From positions 78,676 to 142,675 of the forward strand of contig CALKGR010000003.1 in the NCBI GenBank assembly GCA_938085445.1: a stretch of 64,000 nt of DNA, in the 5' to 3' direction. This stretch comes from an uncultured Rubripirellula sp. GTDB taxonomy: Bacteria; Planctomycetota; Planctomycetia; Pirellulales; Pirellulaceae. The notes beneath the pieces are model-generated. The model was not told the origin of the DNA. It saw nothing but the letters and a program-made list of their open reading frames with translations, and ran no database searches. Of this stretch, positions 50,412 through 59,374 are shown one piece after another (position 1 is the stretch's first letter; every line of letters begins with the position of its first letter). The translations under genes and the position numbers were made by a program.

Positions 50412-51512
50412 ATGAATAAGTTTTTCGCAGGGATTGATTTAGGTTCCATGAATTCGGCTGCGGTCGGTTCCACTGCGGAGCGGGCATGTCTTCCGACCAC
50501 GATGGGTTGGGCCAAGGATGAACTTGCTCGAATGCTTGTCGGTGATGGTATTTTATTGGGGGATGAACTGGAACAAAACCGCATGGCTTTGGAAGTGGTG
50601 CGGCCCTTACAGGATGGTGCTATCAAATTCGGTTCGGTAACGGAGGGTCAGGAAGGAGTGGCAAGACGCCGAGATGAAGATGCGATCGTCTTTCTGTTAA
50701 GACGGTTGCTTCAGCAGATTCATTTGCCACTGAGTGATGAAACCCGCTGTATTGTGGGGGTTCCTTCAAGGGCAAGCATGCAAAACCGTCAGGCTGTTCT
50801 GTCGATGGTGCAGCAGGTCATTCCGACTGTTGCGTTAGTTCCGGAGCCATTTGCTGTGGCATTCGGACTTTACCCGGAGATCTGCCATGCGTTGATTATC
50901 GATATCGGGGCGGGCACCACAGATTTCTGCCATTACTATGGTGCCTTCCCTACCCCCGATGATCAAATCACGCTCAAGATGGGGGGGGATCGTCTTGATC
51001 AATGGTTACTTGAAGCAATTGAAGCCCGTTATCCTGAATGCGTTTTGACCTTGGAATTGGTCCGCAAGTTAAAGGAAAAGCATGGCTCAATCGACCTTGC
51101 AAATGACGCAACCCACGTCAGTTTGCCGACCAAGTCCGCAGGCGTCGAGACATTTGACATAACAGAAATCCTGCAGGAATGCTGTCAGCAATTTGCAAAT
51201 GAAATCGCGAGGGCCACTGTCGAACTGATAGAGAGGATCGACTTCAGTTGCCGCCAGGAAACGATTGGTAACATTGTTTTGGCAGGAGGTGGAAGCGGCT
51301 TGAAGGGCTTAGATACGCTTATCGAAAACGTCTGTAGCGATTTCGGTGTTTGCAATGTCACCCGTATCCACGACTCAAAGTTTGCGGGCGCTGACGGCGC
51401 CCTTCGTTTGGCGATGAAATTGCCTGAGGCGGGTTGGCAGCAATTAAACCAAGGTAGTTCTCATGCGGGTTCGGATCATGAGCGTGATGCTTCTGATCAG
51501 AAAGCAGCTTGA
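50412..51512 (+). CDS. Actin-like ATPase, MamK-like
   Basis: GIDLGS (phosphate 1), RPLQDG, VGVPSRAS, EPFAVAFG, IIDIGAGTTDFC (phosphate 2), NIVLAGGGS, GALRLAMKLP..WQQL; GAGGGA RBS. Confidence 0.88.
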   Translation: MNKFFAGIDLGSMNSAAVGSTAERACLPTTMGWAKDELARMLVGDGILLGDELEQNRMALEVVRPLQDGAIKFGSVTEGQEGVARRRDEDAIVFLLRRLLQQIHLPLSDETRCIVGVPSRASMQNRQAVLSMVQQVIPTVALVPEPFAVAFGLYPEICHALIIDIGAGTTDFCHYYGAFPTPDDQITLKMGGDRLDQWLLEAIEARYPECVLTLELVRKLKEKHGSIDLANDATHVSLPTKSAGVETFDITEILQECCQQFANEIARATVELIERIDFSCRQETIGNIVLAGGGSGLKGLDTLIENVCSDFGVCNVTRIHDSKFAGADGALRLAMKLPEAGWQQLNQGSSHAGSDHERDASDQKAA

Positions 51513-51600
51513 AATATCTTTGTCCGGAAAGCCTTCGATTCACTTCGACGAGAAAAATAATGACATGCTTTTTGCACAACGAGGATAACGAAGCACTCCA

Positions 51601-52452
51601 ATGATCCGTTACTGGTTGATCCCAATCCTGCTGTGCGCGGGTTTGGAAACACGTACTTTCGCAGCAACTGTGGGCGACGCCCAGTCAGTTGCTGGTGCGC
51701 GTGTTGATCATAACGGAATCCAAGTGAACACTTCTAATGACGATGCGCGGCTTGAGAACGATGAGCAAATCGCGAACACGCCAGCAACGTCGTTTTTTAA
51801 TTGGTACAGCTCGAACACTGTTCACAGCCTGCGGCTGATCTTGGCCGGCGCCCTCGGGTTTTTGCTCGTGCTGCTGGGACTTCATCTACTCATGCCGTCA
51901 TCAACAGATCGGCAGCCTGGTCAACAAAAATTGCCGCCCTGTGCAACCAATGCTTGCGGTTGCCCTCATGGTCAGCACACGCCGCACGCGAATCATGCCG
52001 CCACGCAGAAACCCATTTCGGGAGCCAATGTTGGGGATTTTCTGCCGTTGGGTATCTCACTAAATCATTTGAATGCAATTGGGCAACAAATGGGTAAACA
52101 AAGTGAGACCGGCTCGGAACAGTACGATGATTTGACCGCAAAAATTACGGAGCTGGAGGAGAGATTGAGGCAGGTGACTCGTGACGCCTCTTCATCCGGG
52201 CAGCAGCAGGATGTCACTGCAACTTCCGAGCCTCTTTCGAAAAAAGCAACTCTTGATCGGCATTCCGCCAATGTGAAGTCGACGACTGAATCGTCGGATG
52301 TCACGAGTCATGCCCGCGGCGACCAAATTTCAGGCGAGCAGAATGAGGCACTTTGCTCGCGCTCAGAATCGAAGATTGAGAGAACTGCAACTCCGGATCC
52401 GTTGTTTGACGGGCTTATTTCAGAAACGCTCGCAGTCATCAACAGTCAGTGA
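51601..52452 (+). CDS. Bitopic membrane protein with Cys/His patch and coiled coil
   Basis: Signal peptide, TM LILAGALGFLLVLLGLHLL, CATNACGCPHGQH, LTAKITELEERLRQV. Confidence 0.7.
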   Translation: MIRYWLIPILLCAGLETRTFAATVGDAQSVAGARVDHNGIQVNTSNDDARLENDEQIANTPATSFFNWYSSNTVHSLRLILAGALGFLLVLLGLHLLMPSSTDRQPGQQKLPPCATNACGCPHGQHTPHANHAATQKPISGANVGDFLPLGISLNHLNAIGQQMGKQSETGSEQYDDLTAKITELEERLRQVTRDASSSGQQQDVTATSEPLSKKATLDRHSANVKSTTESSDVTSHARGDQISGEQNEALCSRSESKIERTATPDPLFDGLISETLAVINSQ

Positions 52453-52544
52453 CATGTGTTATTGAGGATGTCGTTGAACCAAGTCAATTTGTCGTGCAAC
52501 CGTAAGAGAAACGCTTTTATCCTACGTTGTTGTACTAACTGTAT

Positions 52545-54209
52545 TTGAGTTCTGTGATTACAGAAAAGTCCTATCGAATACCCGCTGTGCAAAGGTTGCT
52601 GCTTGCTGCTGCGCCTTTTTTGATTTGTGTGATTTTTTTGTTTCTGTTTGAACCTGGTGGAGAAGTACAAAAACAACCAACAGCAGTGTCAAGCAATACT
52701 GCTATTCAAGATCACTTGTACCATTTGGACGTGAGTCCGTTTGAGGGTGAAGCGACCTCGGTTGATTTGCAGTCGTCCCTTGCAGAAATGATTGATCCGT
52801 TCTCGCCTGCTGAAAAACACGTTAACAGTAAAAAACCTGATGTCGAATACTTCGATCAGCTTGACCATGGATATCAGCACGACTCATTAACGCAGTTCCC
52901 GAATGGTACTGACTCGTTGGGTCTCATTCCTTTCAGTTTGCGGGGCTCGATTTACGAAACCGGTATCGGGGCAGCGTTTGAATTAACCCAACAGTCAATT
53001 CCAGTTGTCCGATTTGAAGGTCAGAACGCAGTGCCAGACCGCGCCATTGAGATGGCGGGAATGAGAACAGCGACATCCAGAAGTGCAGATGGACTACTGT
53101 TGCCTGATCTGGATCGTGGTTTGCAGCCCCTCGGCTTTGCGGAAGGAGATGGCATATCTCAACAGAAGGCAGATCTGCTACGTGAAGCGGGAATTGCATA
53201 TGCTCACTCGCCAGCTTATCAGGATTCCTTCGTTCAGCAGGTTCAGGCCACAGGATCGGACAATGCAAATGCTGCAACAGGTGGAGACGAGTCAGCCGGG
53301 GATCCTGAAGAATATGGTGTGCCTCCACCAAGACGCGTTCCCCTATTCCTTCAAGAAACAACAGTCTTGTTGGAAGTTGGCGAGTATCAGTACGAGAGCG
53401 GGTTGCGTTATTCCACGAATGAAAATGTTTTTCCTGTTTCGGCCATATTGGATGGAACCGCTTTTGTTGCCAACGCGACACGCAAGCAGCAGTCAGTCAT
53501 CACTCCACTTGAATTTCGGGTGGGCGTGGGTGATGAGTTGCAGGCCTTCGTGAATTTGCCGCTTGGTTGGTCCAAGCAACGCACCACAGCACAGCAAACG
53601 CAGCAAGCTGAAGACAACAAATTGGGGATCGGTGATCTATCATTCGGATTGACGAAGTTGTTGTGGCACTGGAAGACCGAGCAAACGCGGCTTCTTGGTT
53701 CGGTCTCGGTTTCGGCACCCACCGGACCCTCTGCTTTTGCGATTAACTCCCAATCGGATTACGCGTCCTTAGGGCGTGGATATTGGACAGCTGGCGTTGG
53801 AGTAAATGTTGTGCACACAATTGATCCTCTCGCTGTTTTCGGCGGTGTTGGTTACACACAGACATTTGCCGTCAATACCGATGGAGGCCGAACGCTCAAT
53901 GCTGGTAATACCTTTTATTACAGCATCGGACTCGGTTATGCGGTCAACCCAACGGTATCACTGAACACCGCTTTCTCGGGTGGCTTTACCGGTGAAGTGA
54001 CTTTAGACGACCAAAGAATAGCCGGTACCGCAACGGAACCCTTGTCGCTGAAGGTTGCAGCGACTTTCGCCAATGCAAGTCGAGATGATAAGAAGAAGAA
54101 AAAGCCCCACCATAAGTATTTGTCGGCGACGGTTAGAGAACCTTTTGTACGCTTTGGCTTGACAGGATCTGCAACGGACGTTGATTTTGGAATACGAGTC
54201 ACTTACTAG
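52545..54209 (+). CDS. FapF-like (COG4313/MetA-deg type) outer-membrane beta-barrel
   Basis: GIGDLSFG, SAPTGPSAF, LGRGYW, VHTIDPLAVFG, GLGYAVN, GLTGSATDVDFGIRVTY; start uncertain. Confidence 0.75.
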   Translation: MSSVITEKSYRIPAVQRLLLAAAPFLICVIFLFLFEPGGEVQKQPTAVSSNTAIQDHLYHLDVSPFEGEATSVDLQSSLAEMIDPFSPAEKHVNSKKPDVEYFDQLDHGYQHDSLTQFPNGTDSLGLIPFSLRGSIYETGIGAAFELTQQSIPVVRFEGQNAVPDRAIEMAGMRTATSRSADGLLLPDLDRGLQPLGFAEGDGISQQKADLLREAGIAYAHSPAYQDSFVQQVQATGSDNANAATGGDESAGDPEEYGVPPPRRVPLFLQETTVLLEVGEYQYESGLRYSTNENVFPVSAILDGTAFVANATRKQQSVITPLEFRVGVGDELQAFVNLPLGWSKQRTTAQQTQQAEDNKLGIGDLSFGLTKLLWHWKTEQTRLLGSVSVSAPTGPSAFAINSQSDYASLGRGYWTAGVGVNVVHTIDPLAVFGGVGYTQTFAVNTDGGRTLNAGNTFYYSIGLGYAVNPTVSLNTAFSGGFTGEVTLDDQRIAGTATEPLSLKVAATFANASRDDKKKKKPHHKYLSATVREPFVRFGLTGSATDVDFGIRVTY

Positions 54210-54253
54210 CTGAAACGATTCAGGGGGAACAAAGTTTGAAAGTCTCAGAGCAC

Positions 54254-55006
54254 ATGGATGCATCGGCTGATTCGACCGACATGGGTTTAACTCGCCGTTC
54301 GACTTTGTTCCGCTTGGCAGTTGGCGGACTGCTGTGCCAGTCTGGCATGTCACTTTGGAATCTTGCAGGAGCCGAGGAAAATCCATTTGCCACGAAATCA
54401 CCCATTCGAAATGGTGCTCGTGATTTCAGAGTGTTTCCGAAAAATCGAAAAGAGTTAAGTCGCGAAGACATCGTAATACAACGTCGTGACTTCTCCTGTG
54501 GTGCTGCAGCGCTGGCCACGGTCTTCCGATATTATTGGCGTGAGGCAGTTACCGAAGAGTTGTTTCTCACCTTGATCGCACGTCAGCTATCAGTGGCTGA
54601 TTTGAAAGAACGTATCCAAAACGGCTTGACGCTCACGGACCTGAAAAAAGCTGCTGAACTGGTCAAGTACACCGCCGTCATTGGACGTTTGACACTCGAA
54701 AAGCTTGCAGAAAGTAAGTTGCCTTTGATTGTTGGCATTACCGTCAACGATTATGACCACTTTGTTGTTGTTCGAGGAGTTGTGGGAGAGTACGTCTATT
54801 TGGCTGATCCCATTTACGGAAAACAACGGGTACTGATTGATGTCTTTGCTGAGCGTTGGCAGGAGAATGCCATTCTCGCGATTATCAAGCCAGGGTCTCA
54901 GCCCATGAAGACATCACCTTTGTTCGTGACGCCTTACGAAGCAAGCCTTGGAAAACTCAATAATCTTGTGATCCGTAATCAAATCACTGGGCCTATGTTC
55001 CCATGA
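54254..55006 (+). CDS. Stand-alone C39 cysteine peptidase (FapD-like)
   Basis: IQRRDFSCGAAALAT (Gln/Cys), DHFVVVRG (His), YLADP (Asp); no ABC transporter domain. Confidence 0.9.
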   Translation: MDASADSTDMGLTRRSTLFRLAVGGLLCQSGMSLWNLAGAEENPFATKSPIRNGARDFRVFPKNRKELSREDIVIQRRDFSCGAAALATVFRYYWREAVTEELFLTLIARQLSVADLKERIQNGLTLTDLKKAAELVKYTAVIGRLTLEKLAESKLPLIVGITVNDYDHFVVVRGVVGEYVYLADPIYGKQRVLIDVFAERWQENAILAIIKPGSQPMKTSPLFVTPYEASLGKLNNLVIRNQITGPMFP

Positions 55007-55036
55007 TGAAAAAACGGGCAATCACTGAACAGCACC

Positions 55037-58006
55037 TTGGCTCGCATTCGACGACAACCCGGCCTTGTTGGTAAGTGTCGATGCCATGCCCCAAATTCAA
55101 GACGTAATCATAGCGAAAGTATTTCCGTGATCATTAAAATAAGCAAATGGCCAGCAGTACCTGGTATTCCCAGCAGATCGATGCTTGCAGGATTGACAAG
55201 TCAAGTGCGACTATCCACTCAAGTAACACAGCTCTTGCTATTGTCTTGTTGTATTCTCGCCATCACGCCGGTTTCCGGGCAAGAGTTGCGATTGCCGAAT
55301 GAAGATTCAAGTAGCGAACAAGTTGCAAACGCCAGCGAGTTCGTTGATAAGAAAGAGATCCTTGCATCTTCCCCACAGAAGATACAAGCCACGCTGCTTC
55401 ATCCAGTCAGGCAGTCAGTGGTTAGTGATCCAAGTTCTGAAGGTACCAAGAAACATACCGATCAGAGTTCGAAAGTTGGTCCAGTTCCTGCAAGTGTTCA
55501 AACTGAAGAGCCGAGTACTCAAAAAGCTTCTGGTTTGATGCCATTCATTAAGCCCAATCATGATCCTCTCGATGAAGATCTGGTCAATGCCGTCGTCAAT
55601 GCACTGGAGAACGCACGAGTGCGTGGCGACATATCAGGGTTCGGCGTTGATGTTCAATGTAACCGTGGAGTCATCTCATTGGTCGGCATGGCCAGTTCAC
55701 CGGGGCAGCGATCTAGGCTAATCGAAATTGCGAAGAATACTGAAGGAGTGTTTGCGGTCTTTGAGTCAATCAGCATTCTGTCTAAGTCACAGAGAGAAGC
55801 GTTGCGGGCAGGGAATACACTTAACAAACAAAAGTCGGACTCCGAACAGGGCAACATTCAGAATAGAGAAAGAAGTTCAGAACGAGCAAGCGGCGAATCA
55901 CTGGCGGTGGTTCAACCCGGTTCTAGCCGAAGGCCTCATCGCAGTGAGTTCGCGGTGGCGGCAGATGCCAGAGCAAAAGGTGCTGATTTGGAACCGCATT
56001 CGGAAGTAGATGTTTTCAGTGTTACGGAAGACGAAGGTCGTCGAAGTGATACAGGGAGAGGATTGCCCTTGCCAAAGACCACGAAGAATATTGCCCCTGA
56101 GAATGATCAGCGATCTGGATTGCTAGGGTACAAGAAGAAGCAGAAAGCAACTGAAGCAGACCGGAACAGCAAAAAGAAGACGGAGACGTCTTCGCGGACT
56201 TCAGGTAACAGTAGCTATCAAAAACTCCTGAAGATCATCGCGGCGGGAGAAACAGGGCAGAATACGCAGAACGTTGCGGATGAGACACAAGGCATTACGA
56301 ATCAGTCGTTGAGCCCCAGTGCGAACATTCAGTCACGGCCTGAGGCTCTAAGCTTTCCAAAGGTAAAGCGGAAACCACGGCGGCAGCCCCAGGCGCTGCC
56401 CAACTCAGAGCTGGTCCCTGTCGATGCGATGGTCTTTCGAGGTACTGTCCCCGACCTAAAATGGGTGGGCAATCGGGCCTATCCAGCGGAGCTACAAGGA
56501 CCAGAAACTCAATCAATCGGATCGCATCAAGTTGGTAGCACTTTAGTCGGACCTCCAAAGCCTGCACCATCACCGGGTTCGGAAACCACAGCGAGGCAGC
56601 CAGGCAATCTACCCTCCTTGTCATTACCACCCGGGTTATTACCACCCGATGCTAAATCAGCTGCGAGGTCGTTGAACAAAGAATCACAAACTCTTGCGAC
56701 TACTGTTACACAACTACCCGCTGACCCTCCCGCAGCACAGATAAATCCCGTGTTGCCGCCGGATCCGCGACCGCCGGCAGCCTTGGCGCGCCCGGGACAG
56801 CCAACAGAAGAGCTTCCCTTGGCCCGACCACAACGATCAGGTCCATCGCGGTCATTGCAGGATTCGCCCAATAGTTTTAATGCGCCAAATGCTCCAGAAA
56901 TTGAGTCAATTCCAGTTCCGTCGAATGCTCAGTTTGAGGGATTCGGAGTTGTACCAGTGCAACCCTTGGAATCGGGTTCGATGTATGTAACGCAACCAAC
57001 CAAACGGTCGTTCAAACATCGGCTTTTTCGTGGTTTGTGTGACGGCGTGTGTGATGGAGTTTGTGGATGTTTGGGTTGTAAAGCACTCTCGTTTGGAACG
57101 GAAGGGACTTATTTGGCACCAATAGGCGAAGGAACAACGGACCTTCAGGTAACCAATTTGCTCACGGATGAGGTTCAGGTTGCAGAATCTGTCGCCGGAT
57201 TCGCCGCGGGTCAAAGGTTTTGGGCGCAATTGCGAAGCGATAACGTGGGCCTCGCTGCTGAGTATTGGTGTTTAGGCAATCGAGTACTCGATTTCTCTGA
57301 TTACTATGTGGCACCCGGCGATTTCGGATCACAAGGTAATTACCTGTTGGATTTGAATGTTTTTGATTTGGAATACTTTCAGCAATTCTGTTGTTGCGGT
57401 GTGAACTTTCGTGCGAGTCTTGGTGCACGATACTTCGAACTTGATCGTATCAACACCTTACACGGATCCGGAAAGACTGCTGATGTCATCCTGAGTAGCA
57501 GTTCACGATCCAGTTACGAATCGAGTGGCTTCGGTGCCACATTCGGTATCGCCGGCAAGATTCCTTTGCGATGTTGGGGGTGTCAGACTAACGGCAGAGG
57601 TTGGAATATGTTCTGGCAATTGCGAGGTTCGATTTTAGATACTGATGCGATCTTGCAAGCCAGGACAGAAGCGCATGCTGTATCCACGAATGGAACGCAG
57701 ACAACAGCCAACTCGGTTGATGAAGTGCATGTTTCGTGGGAAGGCGCGACCAGCAATGGGATGCTGCAACTGGGCTTGGCGTATCAGTGGATGATCCCAC
57801 AATGCTGTGCCTTAGGTAATGTGTATCTTGGATTTGAGGGCCATCTTTGGCAAACAGCACCTGTTGGCTTGGAGTCCACTTCTCAGGCTTTTCTCGAACA
57901 GACTGGGTCTGACCCCTTTGGTGCTTCCATCGTGACCAATGCTGAAACCAATCCGGATGATCTAGGCTTTGCCGGGTTCGTTTGGGGATTGGCTATTTAT
58001 CACTAA
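55037..58006 (+). CDS. BON-domain protein with Pro-rich linker and C-terminal Cys-rich beta-barrel
   Basis: BON-like VDVQCNRGVISLVG..IAKNTEGVFAV; barrel paralogous to 46250-48619; ends FAGFVWGLAIYH; start probably 55127 or 55181. Confidence 0.72.
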   Translation: MARIRRQPGLVGKCRCHAPNSRRNHSESISVIIKISKWPAVPGIPSRSMLAGLTSQVRLSTQVTQLLLLSCCILAITPVSGQELRLPNEDSSSEQVANASEFVDKKEILASSPQKIQATLLHPVRQSVVSDPSSEGTKKHTDQSSKVGPVPASVQTEEPSTQKASGLMPFIKPNHDPLDEDLVNAVVNALENARVRGDISGFGVDVQCNRGVISLVGMASSPGQRSRLIEIAKNTEGVFAVFESISILSKSQREALRAGNTLNKQKSDSEQGNIQNRERSSERASGESLAVVQPGSSRRPHRSEFAVAADARAKGADLEPHSEVDVFSVTEDEGRRSDTGRGLPLPKTTKNIAPENDQRSGLLGYKKKQKATEADRNSKKKTETSSRTSGNSSYQKLLKIIAAGETGQNTQNVADETQGITNQSLSPSANIQSRPEALSFPKVKRKPRRQPQALPNSELVPVDAMVFRGTVPDLKWVGNRAYPAELQGPETQSIGSHQVGSTLVGPPKPAPSPGSETTARQPGNLPSLSLPPGLLPPDAKSAARSLNKESQTLATTVTQLPADPPAAQINPVLPPDPRPPAALARPGQPTEELPLARPQRSGPSRSLQDSPNSFNAPNAPEIESIPVPSNAQFEGFGVVPVQPLESGSMYVTQPTKRSFKHRLFRGLCDGVCDGVCGCLGCKALSFGTEGTYLAPIGEGTTDLQVTNLLTDEVQVAESVAGFAAGQRFWAQLRSDNVGLAAEYWCLGNRVLDFSDYYVAPGDFGSQGNYLLDLNVFDLEYFQQFCCCGVNFRASLGARYFELDRINTLHGSGKTADVILSSSSRSSYESSGFGATFGIAGKIPLRCWGCQTNGRGWNMFWQLRGSILDTDAILQARTEAHAVSTNGTQTTANSVDEVHVSWEGATSNGMLQLGLAYQWMIPQCCALGNVYLGFEGHLWQTAPVGLESTSQAFLEQTGSDPFGASIVTNAETNPDDLGFAGFVWGLAIYH

Positions 58007-58060
58007 ACGGATCGACATAGCCCACCTTGTGATTGGTATGAAAAAGACAAGAAGTTCAAT

Positions 58061-58090
58061 AACTTGTTGGGCACGAACTTGTTGGGCACG
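58061..58090. repeat. 15-bp tandem duplication
   Basis: AACTTGTTGGGCACG x2. Confidence 0.9.
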
Positions 58091-58129
58091 GCATTGCAAA
58101 GACGGCTAAGATGTTGACAGCAGGTCTTA

Positions 58130-58518
58130 AAATGCTCTCCCTCGACCCATTCACGAAGTCGAGCAGGCCTCGGAACTTGTTTGACAGAACATTCTGCAAA
58201 ATCTGCTTGCCCAGACTCAGATCGGCAACCAACCCTTTAAACGCTTGTTTTCCTCTTCAAGTTGCTTCAAACGCCGGAGCTCTTCGGTGCCAAGCCCTGC
58301 GAATTTTTTTGTTCCAGCGATAAGGGCTTGCTGACTGATGCCAAGCTTGCGGCAGACCTCTTCGATCGGTGGTCCGGTCTCGGCCTGTTTGAGCGTGAAG
58401 GCAATCTGCTGGCCTGTGAATTTAGACTTCTTCATCGGCGGTTTCTCCTAGGAAATGCCGACCGGAGTTTAATCCGATTTTCTCACTTTGCTTGGATCAG
58501 TTTTTCGGGAGCAGGGCA
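58130..58518 (-). mobile_element. Truncated IS3-family element (left end, degraded orfA, start of orfB)
   Basis: End 5'-TGCCCTGCTCCCGAAAAACTGATCCA; MKKSKFTGQQIAF..VCRKLGIS..LKQLEEENKRLK; frameshifted VADLSLGKQIL. Confidence 0.85.
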
Positions 58519-58823
58519 TGCACCTCAGTCACAATAGCACTGCGTTTGGCAGAAGTCGCCTCCGCTTTTCTTGGAGGTGCTGTGTATGCCGCCCGAAATG
58601 ATGCGGCGTACTGGGGTACTTGTCTCAGGAAGCTTGGTCAATTTTGCATTGGTAACTTTCTAAAAAATTTCGAATTGGGGTGGGAGTTCGGTTTCAGACG
58701 TAGCACTGATCTAATACACAAAAGTTGGCATATTTGATCTCTGGGGTGAACTGAGTTGTTTACCCACGATGCCGCGAGCAAAATTGCCCACCAACTCGTT
58801 TCGGAACTGATAGTCCCATTGTA

Positions 58824-59027
58824 TTACAAGACGCTACCTTTTCTTTGCGAGTGTAATGCGTTGATGACCTGCAAGACATCGCCCGGCGCGACTTGGCCGT
58901 TGCCATTGACGTCGCTCGCAAAGATCTCAACGCCGACAAGCCGCTTGCGAGTCTCAAGGCTTTGCAGCTTTGGTTTATGGTGCTTGCTATCGGCTGGTCG
59001 GCCCCGGCGGACCGGATTGGATTTCAT
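58824..59027 (-). pseudogene. Remnant of a planctomycete extracellular protein with a dockerin-like repeat
   Basis: RRGR..LQSLETRKRL export-like motif, then DVNGNGQVAPGDVLQVINAL and an early stop. Confidence 0.6.
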
Positions 59028-59374
59028 GTTGCCCAGCTCGTTTGAACCTCTTTGCGATTAGGTTGGAGGGAAAAGCCGTCCGTGCTGCGCTGTGAGCTAC
59101 GGTGGCGATACAGTCGACGCCACGTGGGCTAATCGTCTGGAGTGGCCAATCTGTGACGAAGATTCTCTGTTTTTTCAATGAAGTTCGGCAGCCAATTAAA
59201 TTAACTCTTGTATTCACCTGTTCACCTGGGAATGGCCGTTTTTCTAAATCCGTCATTTGCTGACTATGCCTATGGGCCATCTCTGGCAGGCTGTTGAAGG
59301 AAACGGAGACTCGGGAATGCGGCAAGTTTTTGCCTTCGTGACTGCCGAGTTAGGTAGGTTCACGTTTACCCGGA

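Noticed and set aside
44665..55006. Bacteriocin/RiPP cluster (GG-like leaders plus C39)
   Set aside because: The peptidase is not fused to an ABC transporter, precursors have Sec-type signals and ~80-115-aa bodies, and there are no modifying enzymes
50412..58006. Magnetosome island
   Set aside because: Only the actin is MamK-like; no CDF transporters, HtrA/magnetochrome or MamA-like genes in the cluster
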